From an uncultured Planctomycetia bacterium (GTDB lineage: Bacteria > Planctomycetota > MHYJ01 > WSZJ01): DNA of 64,000 nucleotides. This document shows, in pieces, positions 45,920 through 54,518 of the stretch. Under the pieces are notes generated by a model that worked only from the letters and a program-made list of their open reading frames with translations, was not told where the DNA came from and made no database searches. The number at the start of each line of letters is the position of its first letter. Positions within the stretch are counted from its first letter, which is position 1. Location of the stretch: assembly GCA_963706735.1 (NCBI GenBank), contig CAVPNQ010000090.1, forward strand, positions 1,217 to 65,216. Reading direction: 5' to 3'. The translations under genes were made by a program, and so were the position numbers.

Positions 45920-48900
45920 TTCGTGCGGGCGAACAGCCCCAACAGGTCGATCTTGCCCTCTTTGCCCGAGCTGGAGCCGGTCACGCGCACCGTCAGGGCT
46001 CCCAGGGGCGAGATGACCGCCGCGGTCTTCGGTACCAGCGCCAGGACGGCGCCGTCCACGGACAGCTCGATCGTCGATCCGCCGCCCGCCTCGATCTCTC
46101 TCACCTCGAGGATGTGCCAGATCCTTTCCGCGATCACCGGCATTTTCGCGGGCTTCGCCTGGTTGCCGAGAGACCGCTTCCCGTCCTCCTCCTTGTCCTT
46201 CCAGTACTTCACCTCGATGTTCCCGGCCCCGCTGTTGGCTCCCGGCAGGAACCGGACGGTGACGCCTTCCATCTCGAGCGACAGGGTCACCTGGTCGTCG
46301 GGAAGACGGAACAGGATGGCGGCATCCTTCGTCTTCCCGCCGACCTCGATCGTCTCGTCCTTCCCCGTGACGGTCGCGACGCCCCGCACGGCCGTCCATC
46401 CCGCCGTCGGCTTCAGGACAGCCGGGACGCCCGTGAGAAAGTTGAAGTACTGGCCACCCTGCCCGCCCGTCAGGGAACTCTCGAAGAGCGCATGGATGTC
46501 CTTCATGACGTCGTCCAGGCGGGTGGGGAACTGGTTGAGCAGATTGCGGAGTTCCTTGCGGGCGTCGCCGTACTTCTTCGCGTCGATGGCCGCCTTCGCC
46601 GCCGAGAGGTAATCGGCCTTGGCCCCGGCGAAGTACTTCGCCACGAATTCCATCCGCGGGCCTGCCTGCTTCTGCAGCCCCATGTCGAACGCCGCCTTGT
46701 ATTCGCGCTCGGCGACCGTCATGAGCCGGGACTTCGTCGCGACATCAACCGTCAATTCCGCGCGGAACGACATGCCGTCCCCGTAGGCGAAATGCGACTG
46801 GCTCGTGGCGCCGGCCTGCTGCATCCCGAGGCCGAGGATGTAGGTCAGCGTCGCCGGGTCCAGGTCCGGCCAGGCGACCGGCTCCGTCACCGTCGCCTTC
46901 GAGTCCTGGAACGTGATGGCATTCGCAGAAGCGCCGATCGCGCGGCCCTCAAGCTTGCTCGTCATCGTCTGCGTCGGCCTCTTGTCGTTGGCCACGTCGT
47001 GCGTCCGGCTGAAATCGGCGGCCTTCTCGTTCACGGCAACGACGGAGTTCGTCTGGAGATCCCACGACCACTGCGCGCGCTCCGTCCATTCCGCCAGTTC
47101 GGCGAGATGATCGGCATGGACGACGGTCTTCAGCATCGACAGCTTCTGCACGGCCTGCTGGAACATGCTCTTCTTCATCTGCTCCAGCGCTTCCTTGATC
47201 CCGGCGTCGAGAATGTCGCGAGACTTCCTCTTCTTCTCGGCTTCTTCCTCGATGACCCTCTGGGCCAGCAACTCCCGGCGGATGACATCGATTTCGCCGC
47301 CCAGCTTCTGGGACTGTTCCAGGTCCGTGGGCCACTGCCGGCGCGCGACGGCCTCGTCCACAAAAACGCGGGCCTTCTGAATCTGGTCGGCCTTCGCCAT
47401 CTCCAGCGCTTTCTCGCGGACCTGAACCCAGTCCGCCGCCGCCTTTTCCGCGATCTGCGGAAGCATGGACTGCATCTGGGGATCGTCCCGCTTCCAGAAA
47501 TTTCCGCGGCCGATGGCGTCGGACGCTGCCTTGAATTGCTGTTCGTTGAGCAGCTTGGTGACTTCCGCGCGGATCAGGCCGAGTTCCTTTTCCTTCGCGC
47601 TGACCTCCAGGCTCTCGAGCCTGATGACCTGGGACAGGGCGTCCGAAGCTTCTTCCGAGTTGGGGTGTGCGGCCGCGAAGCGGCGGAACTTGTCTTTTCG
47701 CAATTCGAACTCGGTGGCCGTCGAGGGTTGCGTCTGGTATTGACCCTGAAGCCTGGTCCATTCGTCCCGCCGGTCGGTCGCAGCGAGGTGGTTCTTCAGG
47801 TACAGGCCGCCGCCGCCGAGCCCGCCGATCAGCACGATCGTGATTGCCGCACGCCGCAGGCTCCGCATCTGCGCGGCGCGCGACTTGCGCGACTCGTAGG
47901 CCCGCTTCGCATCCTCCGCGGTCTTCACCGGCGCGGGCATCCCGGCCGCCACCGCCGTTCCCGCCACCGCACCCGCGACCGGGGGCGCCGCGGCCACTCC
48001 GCCGCCCGCCGCCGCCTGGATCGCACGCAGTTCCGTCAGAAGCTCTTCCCACGACTGGTACCGGTCCTGCGGCTCCGCCTCCAGCATCTTCTCCACGACG
48101 CGGCAGACCGAGTCCGGAATGCCCGGGTCGAAGAACTTAAGCGGCGGAATCGTTTCTTCCGTGAGGCGCACGAGGACTTCGAAGGGGCTCTGGCCCTGGA
48201 AGGGAGGCCGTCCGGCGACCATGTGGAACAGGGTGGCGCCGAGCGAGTAGATGTCCGTCCGCTGGTCCATTTCGCGGTCGCCGGTGACGCACTCGGGCGC
48301 GATGTAGAACGGCGCCATCTGGCCGCTGCGGCTGATCGCGAGGATGTTCTCCGAGACTTTCGTCGCAAGCCCCAGGTTTGCCACTTTCACCGTCCCGTCA
48401 CGGAGCAGCAGCACGTTCGACGGCCGCACGTCCCCGTGAATCAGCCCTTGCTGCTGCGCGTACTGCAGTCCCTCGCCGATCGATACCGCAATCCCGATCG
48501 CCGTCTCGAAATGGAATTTCCCCTGCTTCTCGAGGACGTTGTAGACGGACTCGGCCTCGACGAATTCCATCGCAATGTAAAAGCGATTGTCGGACTTCCC
48601 GAGCGAGTAGACCTTCTTGATGTTCGGGTGGTCGAGCGCCGCGACCTTCTTCGCGTCGTCGATGAACTTCTTCTGGAAGTTGGCGTCGTTCATCACCGAC
48701 GGGTTCATGATCTTCAGCGCGACCGGGCGGTTCTTGGAAATCTGCGTCGCCTTGAAGATGACGCCCGTGGCGTCCTGCCCGAGCCTCGTCACCACCTGGA
48801 AGTCCGCGATGCGGCCGGGCGTCTTGCCGAGCTTGCCCGGCGCGAACTGCTGGGTCGCGCGGACGCGCGCGATCTCCTTGTCCAGTTCCATCATCGCCGT

Positions 48901-49578
48901 CGCCGGGTCCAGCGGCTGGTCCTCCGGCGGCACGTCGCTCCCCGCGGGAGCGCTGACCGTTTCGGTCGGGAGCGCGACGTCGAGTTCCTCGCTCCCCTCC
49001 GTCTTCACGACCTCGAGCACCGCGTTGCACTGCCCGCACTTGATCTTCTGGCCAGGCTCGAACCGCGAAATGTTCAGGCTCGCTTCGCAGCTCTTGCAGC
49101 GCACGATGCGCTTGTTCTGCTCCTCGAGAACCGCTTCCACCTGGTGGTTGCGCATGTAGCCCATCGCCACCAGCACGTCGCCGATACGGGGGTGCGTCCC
49201 CCCGGCGAGAACCTGCTTGAGGAAGCCCCGGTAGGTGACGAGCGCCTGCCCGAACAGGGGAACGGTCTCCTGGGGCGCCTGCAGCAGTTTCTGGATGTCC
49301 AGGCACGTCTCGAGCTGCTCCAGCGTGATGAAGTGGAACGCCACGGCGATCTCGCCGAAGCGGCGCCGCTGCATCGAGGACATGGTTTCCAGGATCGACT
49401 GGATCTGCTGCTTGGTGAGGTACCCCTTCTGTTCGAGGATTTCCCCCAGCCGGGGCGGACGTTCCCCCCGCTCCTCGATCTCCTTCTGGAAATCGAGGCA
49501 CTCCTGCAGCTGCTCTTCGGTGATAAACCGGGTGCTGACCGCCAGTTTTCCGAAGAGAACGTTCTTGATCTGGACCAT
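45916..49578 (-). CDS. Large membrane Ser/Thr-kinase-like protein: 4 T2SSE_N/MshEN-like motifs, a zinc ribbon, a degenerate kinase domain, a TM, and an outer domain of about 570 aa
   Basis: Start ATG 49578 (MVQIKNVLFGKLAV...). Motifs: LFGKLAVSTRFITEEQLQECLDFQ, RLGEILEQKGYLTKQQIQSILETM, RFGEIAVAFHFITLEQLETCLDIQ, RIGDVLVAMGYMRNHQVEAVLEEQ. Ribbon: CKSC..17..CGQC. Kinase: VALKIM, HGDVRPSN, NLG in place of DFG, APE. TM: AAITIVLIGGLGGGGLYL. Confidence 0.85.
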   Translation of the reverse strand: MVQIKNVLFGKLAVSTRFITEEQLQECLDFQKEIEERGERPPRLGEILEQKGYLTKQQIQSILETMSSMQRRRFGEIAVAFHFITLEQLETCLDIQKLLQAPQETVPLFGQALVTYRGFLKQVLAGGTHPRIGDVLVAMGYMRNHQVEAVLEEQNKRIVRCKSCEASLNISRFEPGQKIKCGQCNAVLEVVKTEGSEELDVALPTETVSAPAGSDVPPEDQPLDPATAMMELDKEIARVRATQQFAPGKLGKTPGRIADFQVVTRLGQDATGVIFKATQISKNRPVALKIMNPSVMNDANFQKKFIDDAKKVAALDHPNIKKVYSLGKSDNRFYIAMEFVEAESVYNVLEKQGKFHFETAIGIAVSIGEGLQYAQQQGLIHGDVRPSNVLLLRDGTVKVANLGLATKVSENILAISRSGQMAPFYIAPECVTGDREMDQRTDIYSLGATLFHMVAGRPPFQGQSPFEVLVRLTEETIPPLKFFDPGIPDSVCRVVEKMLEAEPQDRYQSWEELLTELRAIQAAAGGGVAAAPPVAGAVAGTAVAAGMPAPVKTAEDAKRAYESRKSRAAQMRSLRRAAITIVLIGGLGGGGLYLKNHLAATDRRDEWTRLQGQYQTQPSTATEFELRKDKFRRFAAAHPNSEEASDALSQVIRLESLEVSAKEKELGLIRAEVTKLLNEQQFKAASDAIGRGNFWKRDDPQMQSMLPQIAEKAAADWVQVREKALEMAKADQIQKARVFVDEAVARRQWPTDLEQSQKLGGEIDVIRRELLAQRVIEEEAEKKRKSRDILDAGIKEALEQMKKSMFQQAVQKLSMLKTVVHADHLAELAEWTERAQWSWDLQTNSVVAVNEKAADFSRTHDVANDKRPTQTMTSKLEGRAIGASANAITFQDSKATVTEPVAWPDLDPATLTYILGLGMQQAGATSQSHFAYGDGMSFRAELTVDVATKSRLMTVAEREYKAAFDMGLQKQAGPRMEFVAKYFAGAKADYLSAAKAAIDAKKYGDARKELRNLLNQFPTRLDDVMKDIHALFESSLTGGQGGQYFNFLTGVPAVLKPTAGWTAVRGVATVTGKDETIEVGGKTKDAAILFRLPDDQVTLSLEMEGVTVRFLPGANSGAGNIEVKYWKDKEEDGKRSLGNQAKPAKMPVIAERIWHILEVREIEAGGGSTIELSVDGAVLALVPKTAAVISPLGALTVRVTGSSSGKEGKIDLLGLFARTK

Positions 49579-49626
49579 GCGCGACCTCGAAAAACCACCG
49601 AAGGACGTGCCTGCGGACAATCTCAC

Positions 49627-49655
49627 ATTATTGGCCGGTTCGGACGTAAGGTCAA
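49627..49655 (-). promoter_or_regulatory. Candidate sigma70-type promoter for the large kinase operon
   Basis: On the - strand: TTGACC (49655-49650), 17 nt, then AATAAT (49632-49627). GAGGT lies about 7 nt upstream of ATG 49578. Confidence 0.5.
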
Positions 49656-49764
49656 ATGATAGTAGCGTTTGGGGAAATTAGAGGCCCGCAAAGCGGAAGC
49701 GGAGAATCGCGCTTTCTGCTCCCCAACCGACGTTCGAATCCGTTCTCGCCCGGCGCACCCTTCG

Positions 49765-49770
49765 TATAAT
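49765..49770 (+). promoter_or_regulatory. TATAAT -10 box 6 nt upstream of the second kinase ATG (possible leaderless mRNA)
   Basis: cgTATAATccccccATG. There is no SD and only a weak -35 (GTTCTC at 49742-49747). Confidence 0.35.
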
Positions 49771-49776
49771 CCCCCC

Positions 49777-51900
49777 ATGAGCCCAGACTCCTTCCTTGCC
49801 CGAGCGCTTCTGGCCTCGGGAATGCTCACGCGTGCCCAGCTGGAGATCGCCCTGAAGTGGCTCGAGGAAGCGCCGCAGGGCGGCCTCGGCGACCTTCTCT
49901 GCACGAACGGGGTCATCCCACGGGCCCTGTACGAAGCGCTGATGCGCTTCTACAAGAAGGACACGACGCGGGTGGCCCCTGCCACGGGAAATCGCGACAA
50001 GGGCATCCGGGAGGCGCAGCTGTTCTGCCTCGTGGCGGTCCGCGAAAAGGAAGTCACCGTCGAGCAGTTGAGGGACGCTGTGGACCAGTGGGTTCGGCTG
50101 GAAGGGATGGGGAAGCCCCGGCCGATCGGCGACGTGATGATGGAGAAGGGGTACCTGGACCTCATCCGCTCGCGCGCGATGATGGAGAAGACGAAGGAAT
50201 CGACGCTCGCCTGCTCCTCCTGCGGCGAGGTGGACTTCCTCTACAAGGTCACCGGTGCGCCCTTCACGTGCGACCGGTGCCGCCAGCCGCTGGTGCCGAC
50301 GAGGGTGAAGGGTGGAGCCCCGACGGCGCCGACGGACGCGATGGCGGGGAAGGTTTTCGGCGGGTGCCGGTTGGACGAAAAGATCGGTGCCGGGCGCTGG
50401 ACGGTGGTTTACAAGGGGCTGATTCCGGCGCAGAACCGGCCGGCGGTGGTGAAGCTGTTTGCGGCGGACACGCCGGCCGCGGCGGTGGAGCGGTACGTCA
50501 CGAACGCGCGGAAGGCGATTCCGCTGTCGCACGCGGGACTGGTGGCGGTGATCGACGCCGGGGTGACGGACGGGCGCGGCTGGATCGTGACGGAGCACGT
50601 CGCCGACGGGCGCATCTGGCCCGCGCGCGAGAAGATGAACTGGAACCGGCTGTGCAAGGTCGGGATCGAGCTGTCGCGCGCCCTCGCCGTCATCCACGCG
50701 AACGGCCTTGTCCACGGCGACATCCGCCCCTCTTCGGTCTTCATCCGCGAATCGGGCGCGAAGCTCGCCGACTTCGGCCAGGCCCACGACGGCACGCTCG
50801 GCGTGCCCTGCGACCCGCTCGTGACCGCGCCGGAACTCTGGAAGTCCGAGCCGTTCGACAACAAGGCCGACCTTTACGCCCTCGGCGTCACGCTCTACTG
50901 CTTCGCCTCCGGCCGGCCGCCGTTCGAGGAAACCGACCCGCGCCTCCTCGAGATGGCCCATCGGTCCACCGTTCCGAAGCCCCCGGGCGCCTGGAATCTC
51001 GAACTGCCCCGCGCCCTCTCGGCCATCATCACGAAACTCCTCGAGAAAGACCCGGCGACGCGCTACGGGTTTGCCGAAGAAGTCGCCCGGGATTTCGAAG
51101 CGGTCCTCCGCGGCGAAACGCCCGCGGCCGCCGGCGGACAGGAAGGCCGTACCTGCCAGTTCTGCAAGACGCCGAATCCCGCGACCGAACAGAAGTGCAT
51201 CGTCTGCGGCAAGCCCCTTTCCAGCAGCGCGGACAAGCTTCTCCTCGACAGCGAATTCCTCTGCCCGAAGTGCGAGCGCCCGATCGACGAGGACACGGTC
51301 GCATGCCAGTGCGGCTACCGGCCGTGCAAGAAATGCCACAAGAACGACTCCGACCCCGAGACCGGCTACTGCAACGAGTGCATGAGCCCCGAGGCGCAGG
51401 CGGAAATGAAGCGGAAGAAGGCGCAGCAGGACCGATTCAGGAAGAAACCGACTCTCGGCGGAAGGCCGGGAGCGCCGGCGTCCGGCGTCCTGAAGCCGCC
51501 TCCGCCGCCGTCGGGTGTGAAGCTGAAGCCGCCCCCGCCGAAGACCGGATCGTCGGTTCCCGCAGTGGCCGGGCTCAAGCCGCCGCCCCCTGCGGCCGGG
51601 TCGAAACCTCCTGCGTTGAAGCCGCCGCCACCGAAGGCCGGCGCGCCTTCGCTTTCCGATGACGAACTCGACTTCGAGAATCTCCCGCCGCCCGACGACG
51701 ATGACGGAGCGGACCCGATTTTCGAAGGTCCCCCGGCCCAGGCCGCTCCCGCGGACGACCTCGACTTCGACGCGCTTCCTCCGCCGCCCGCGAAGTCTGC
51801 GAACGACGACCTCCTCGGGGACGATCCGCCGCCGAGGAAACCGCCTCCGGGTCCGCCTCCGAAGCCGAAGGGCCTGATGGACCGCCACCGCCGCAGGTAA
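49777..51900 (+). CDS. Soluble Ser/Thr kinase: 4 T2SSE_N/MshEN-like motifs, a zinc ribbon, a kinase domain, extra zinc ribbons and a Pro-rich/acidic tail
   Basis: Start ATG 49777 (MSPDSFLARALLASGMLTRAQLEIALKWL...). PIGDVMMEKGYLDLIRSRAMMEK; CSSC..CDRC; IGAGRWTVVYKG; VVKLF; HGDIRPSS; DFG; APE. C-terminal ribbons CQFC..CIVC and CPKC.... The tail carries repeated LKPPPP. Confidence 0.85.
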   Translation: MSPDSFLARALLASGMLTRAQLEIALKWLEEAPQGGLGDLLCTNGVIPRALYEALMRFYKKDTTRVAPATGNRDKGIREAQLFCLVAVREKEVTVEQLRDAVDQWVRLEGMGKPRPIGDVMMEKGYLDLIRSRAMMEKTKESTLACSSCGEVDFLYKVTGAPFTCDRCRQPLVPTRVKGGAPTAPTDAMAGKVFGGCRLDEKIGAGRWTVVYKGLIPAQNRPAVVKLFAADTPAAAVERYVTNARKAIPLSHAGLVAVIDAGVTDGRGWIVTEHVADGRIWPAREKMNWNRLCKVGIELSRALAVIHANGLVHGDIRPSSVFIRESGAKLADFGQAHDGTLGVPCDPLVTAPELWKSEPFDNKADLYALGVTLYCFASGRPPFEETDPRLLEMAHRSTVPKPPGAWNLELPRALSAIITKLLEKDPATRYGFAEEVARDFEAVLRGETPAAAGGQEGRTCQFCKTPNPATEQKCIVCGKPLSSSADKLLLDSEFLCPKCERPIDEDTVACQCGYRPCKKCHKNDSDPETGYCNECMSPEAQAEMKRKKAQQDRFRKKPTLGGRPGAPASGVLKPPPPPSGVKLKPPPPKTGSSVPAVAGLKPPPPAAGSKPPALKPPPPKAGAPSLSDDELDFENLPPPDDDDGADPIFEGPPAQAAPADDLDFDALPPPPAKSANDDLLGDDPPPRKPPPGPPPKPKGLMDRHRRR

Positions 51901-51978
51901 GCCCGGCTCCTTTGACCGCGGGCCGGGGCGCTGCTAGCATCCGCGCCCTTCAAGCCGCCCATTGCACAGGAGCCTCAC

Positions 51979-53412
51979 TTGCCCGTTCGCGTCCGCATCG
52001 CCCCTTCGCCCACCGGCGACCCGCACGTCGGGACCGCCTACGTCGCGCTGTTCAACCGCACATGGGCGCGCCGCAACGGCGGCCAGTTCCTCCTGCGCAT
52101 CGAGGACACGGACCGCGCGCGGTCGAACCCCGAGTCGGAACGGATGATCTTCGATTCGCTCAAGTGGCTCGGGCTGACCTATGACGAGGGGCCGGACATC
52201 GGCGGGCCGGTCGGGCCGTACCGGCAGAGCGAGCGCGTCGCGATCTACCCGAAACATGCGAAGGACCTCGTCGAGAAGGGCGCCGCCTACTACTGCACGT
52301 GCACGGCGGACCGGATGGAAGCGGTGCGCAAGGCGCAGATGGCGGCCAAGCTTTCGCCGCGGTACGACGGCCACTGCCGGAACATGCCGCCGGGCGAGGT
52401 GAAAAAGCAGATCGACGGCGGCGCGCCCTGGGTGATCCGGCTCAAGATGCCGACCGAAGGGGAGTGCCGCTTCAAGGATGTCGTGCGCGGGGAAGTCGTC
52501 TTCGGCTGGGACCAGATCGACGACCAGATCCTGCTGAAGAGCGACGGGTGGCCGACGTACCACCTGGCGAACGTGGTGGACGACCACCTGATGGGGATCA
52601 CGCATGTGATCCGGGCCGAGGAGTGGATCAGCTCGACGCCGAAGCACATCAAGCTGTACGAGGTTTTCGGCTGGGAGCCGCCGGTCTGGTGCCACGTGCC
52701 GCTTCTGCGCAACAAGGACAAGTCCAAGATCTCGAAGCGCAAGAACCCGACGAGCCTGAACTGGTACAAGGACCAGGGGTACCTGCCGGAGGCGCTGGTG
52801 AACTTCCTGGCGCTGATGGGGTTCTCGATGCCGGGCGGGCTGGAGGTCTTTTCGGTCGAGGAGATGCAGAAGGAATTCTCGATCGACAAGATCAACGCGG
52901 GCGGGCCTGTGTTCGACATGCAGAAGCTCGACTGGATGAACGGGCAGTACATGCGCAAGCTGGCGCCCGAGGACCTTGCGAAGCGGCTGGAGCCGTTCGG
53001 CGCGGCGGGGAAGGACCCTGCGCTGGTGAAGAGGATCGTGCCGCTGATCCAGGACCGGCTGCGGGTGCTGTCGGAGTTCGGGGAGCTGACGTCCTTCTTC
53101 TTCGCCGACACGATCGTGCACGACGCGGCGGTGCTGGTCGGGAAGAAGCAGACCGCGGCGGATGCGGCGATGCTGCTTGCGGCGGCGCGGGAAGCGCTCA
53201 AGGACTGCGAGTGGACCGCCGCCGCGATGGAGGCGAGGCTGCGCGAGGTGGCGGCGGCGAAGAACGTCAAGCCGGGGGACCTTTTCATGCCGGTGCGCGT
53301 GGCGGTGACGGGAAAGGCGGCCACTCCGCCGCTGACGGAGACGATGGAGGTGATCGGGAAGGAGAAATGCCTCGCGCGGATGGAGGCGGCGGGGAGGGTC
53401 CTTGCTTCGTAG
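51979..53412 (+). CDS. gltX: Glutamate--tRNA ligase
   Basis: TTG start with AGGAG 6 nt upstream. RIAPSPTGDPHVGTAYVALFN (HIGH-type motif), KISKR (KMSKS-type motif), and WPTYHLANVVDDHLMGITHVIRAEEW. Confidence 0.93.
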   Translation: MPVRVRIAPSPTGDPHVGTAYVALFNRTWARRNGGQFLLRIEDTDRARSNPESERMIFDSLKWLGLTYDEGPDIGGPVGPYRQSERVAIYPKHAKDLVEKGAAYYCTCTADRMEAVRKAQMAAKLSPRYDGHCRNMPPGEVKKQIDGGAPWVIRLKMPTEGECRFKDVVRGEVVFGWDQIDDQILLKSDGWPTYHLANVVDDHLMGITHVIRAEEWISSTPKHIKLYEVFGWEPPVWCHVPLLRNKDKSKISKRKNPTSLNWYKDQGYLPEALVNFLALMGFSMPGGLEVFSVEEMQKEFSIDKINAGGPVFDMQKLDWMNGQYMRKLAPEDLAKRLEPFGAAGKDPALVKRIVPLIQDRLRVLSEFGELTSFFFADTIVHDAAVLVGKKQTAADAAMLLAAAREALKDCEWTAAAMEARLREVAAAKNVKPGDLFMPVRVAVTGKAATPPLTETMEVIGKEKCLARMEAAGRVLAS

Positions 53413-53535
53413 AAGGAACGGCCAGGAAACGAAAAACGAAAAATGAAAAAGTAAAAACAAAAAGGAAAGACCTCCGTAAGGGGCCGTTCCCTTTTCCTTT
53501 TTTGTTTTTCGTTTTTAGTTTTTCGTTTCGTGTTG
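53413..53535. repeat. AT-rich inverted-repeat element built from tandem heptamers (GAAAAAN / NTTTTTC), with a flanking 9-bp GC inverted repeat
   Basis: A-arm 53424-53469: AGGAAAC GAAAAAC GAAAAAT GAAAAAG TAAAAAC AAAAAGG. T-arm 53491-53532: CTTTTCC TTTTTTG TTTTTCG TTTTTAG TTTTTCG TTTCGTG. GGAACGGCC (53415-53423) is complementary to GGCCGTTCC (53482-53490). It sits between the gltX stop and the PfkB-kinase start. Confidence 0.8.
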
Positions 53536-53566
53536 CCCTTCTCACTCCCCCGGAGAATCCACCCTG

Positions 53567-54511
53567 ATGCCCGCAAATTCCCTCCTCGTCGTAGGCTCCC
53601 TGGCTTTCGACACGCTGGAAACTCCCTCCGGCCACGCCAATGACGAACTTGGCGGAAGCGCGACGTATTTCTCGCACAGCTCGGCGTGGCTCGCTCCCGA
53701 AGTCCGGCTCGTCGGCGTCGTCGGAAAGGACTTCCCGAAGCGCCACCTCGCGGGCTTCAAGGAGCGGGGGATCGACTGTACCGGCATCCAGGTCGACCCG
53801 AAGGGCAAGACGTTCCGCTGGCACGGGCGCTACGGCCGCGAGATGAACAACGCGGAAACCGTCAGCGTCGAGCTCAACGTCTTCGGCAAGTTCGAACCGA
53901 AAATCCCCGTGCCATTCCGCAAGTCGCCGTTCGTCTTCCTCGCGAATGGCTCCCCCCGCACCCAGCGCGCCGTCCTCAGCCAGGTCGAACGGCCGAAGTT
54001 CGTCCTCGCCGACACCATGAACCTCTGGATCGAGATGGAACAGCCGGCGCTTCTCGAACTCGTCCGCGACGTGGACGGCCTCATCCTCAACAACGCCGAA
54101 CTTCTCCAGCTCTCCGGCGAACCCAACGTCGTCGCCGGCGCGCGCTGGGCCCTCGCCCAGGGGCCCAAGGTCGTCATCGTGAAAAAGGGCGAACACGGCT
54201 CGATGCTCTTCACCGAGGAGGCCGTCTTCGCCCTCCCCGCCTACCCCCTCGAGCGCATCGTCGATCCCACCGGCGCCGGCGACTCGTTCGCGGGCGGCTT
54301 CATGGGACACATCGCCCGCGCCGGGAACGCTTCACTGGAAGAAATGAAGCGGGCCCTGGCGTACGGCACGGTTCTCGCCTCGTTCGCCTGCGAGGATTTC
54401 GGGCTGCGGAGACTGTTCGCCCTCTCGAGCCGCGAGATCGAGGCACGCGTGCAGGAATTCGCGAAGGTCGTGTCTGTGGACGTGTCGCCACGGAAGAAGA
54501 AGCGCCGATAG
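53567..54511 (+). CDS. PfkB-family carbohydrate kinase
   Basis: LLVVGSLAFDT..., GGSATYF, and the C-terminal signature DPTGAGDSFAGGF. GGAGA lies 10 nt upstream of the ATG. Confidence 0.88.
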   Translation: MPANSLLVVGSLAFDTLETPSGHANDELGGSATYFSHSSAWLAPEVRLVGVVGKDFPKRHLAGFKERGIDCTGIQVDPKGKTFRWHGRYGREMNNAETVSVELNVFGKFEPKIPVPFRKSPFVFLANGSPRTQRAVLSQVERPKFVLADTMNLWIEMEQPALLELVRDVDGLILNNAELLQLSGEPNVVAGARWALAQGPKVVIVKKGEHGSMLFTEEAVFALPAYPLERIVDPTGAGDSFAGGFMGHIARAGNASLEEMKRALAYGTVLASFACEDFGLRRLFALSSREIEARVQEFAKVVSVDVSPRKKKRR

Positions 54512-54518
54512 CGCGCGC

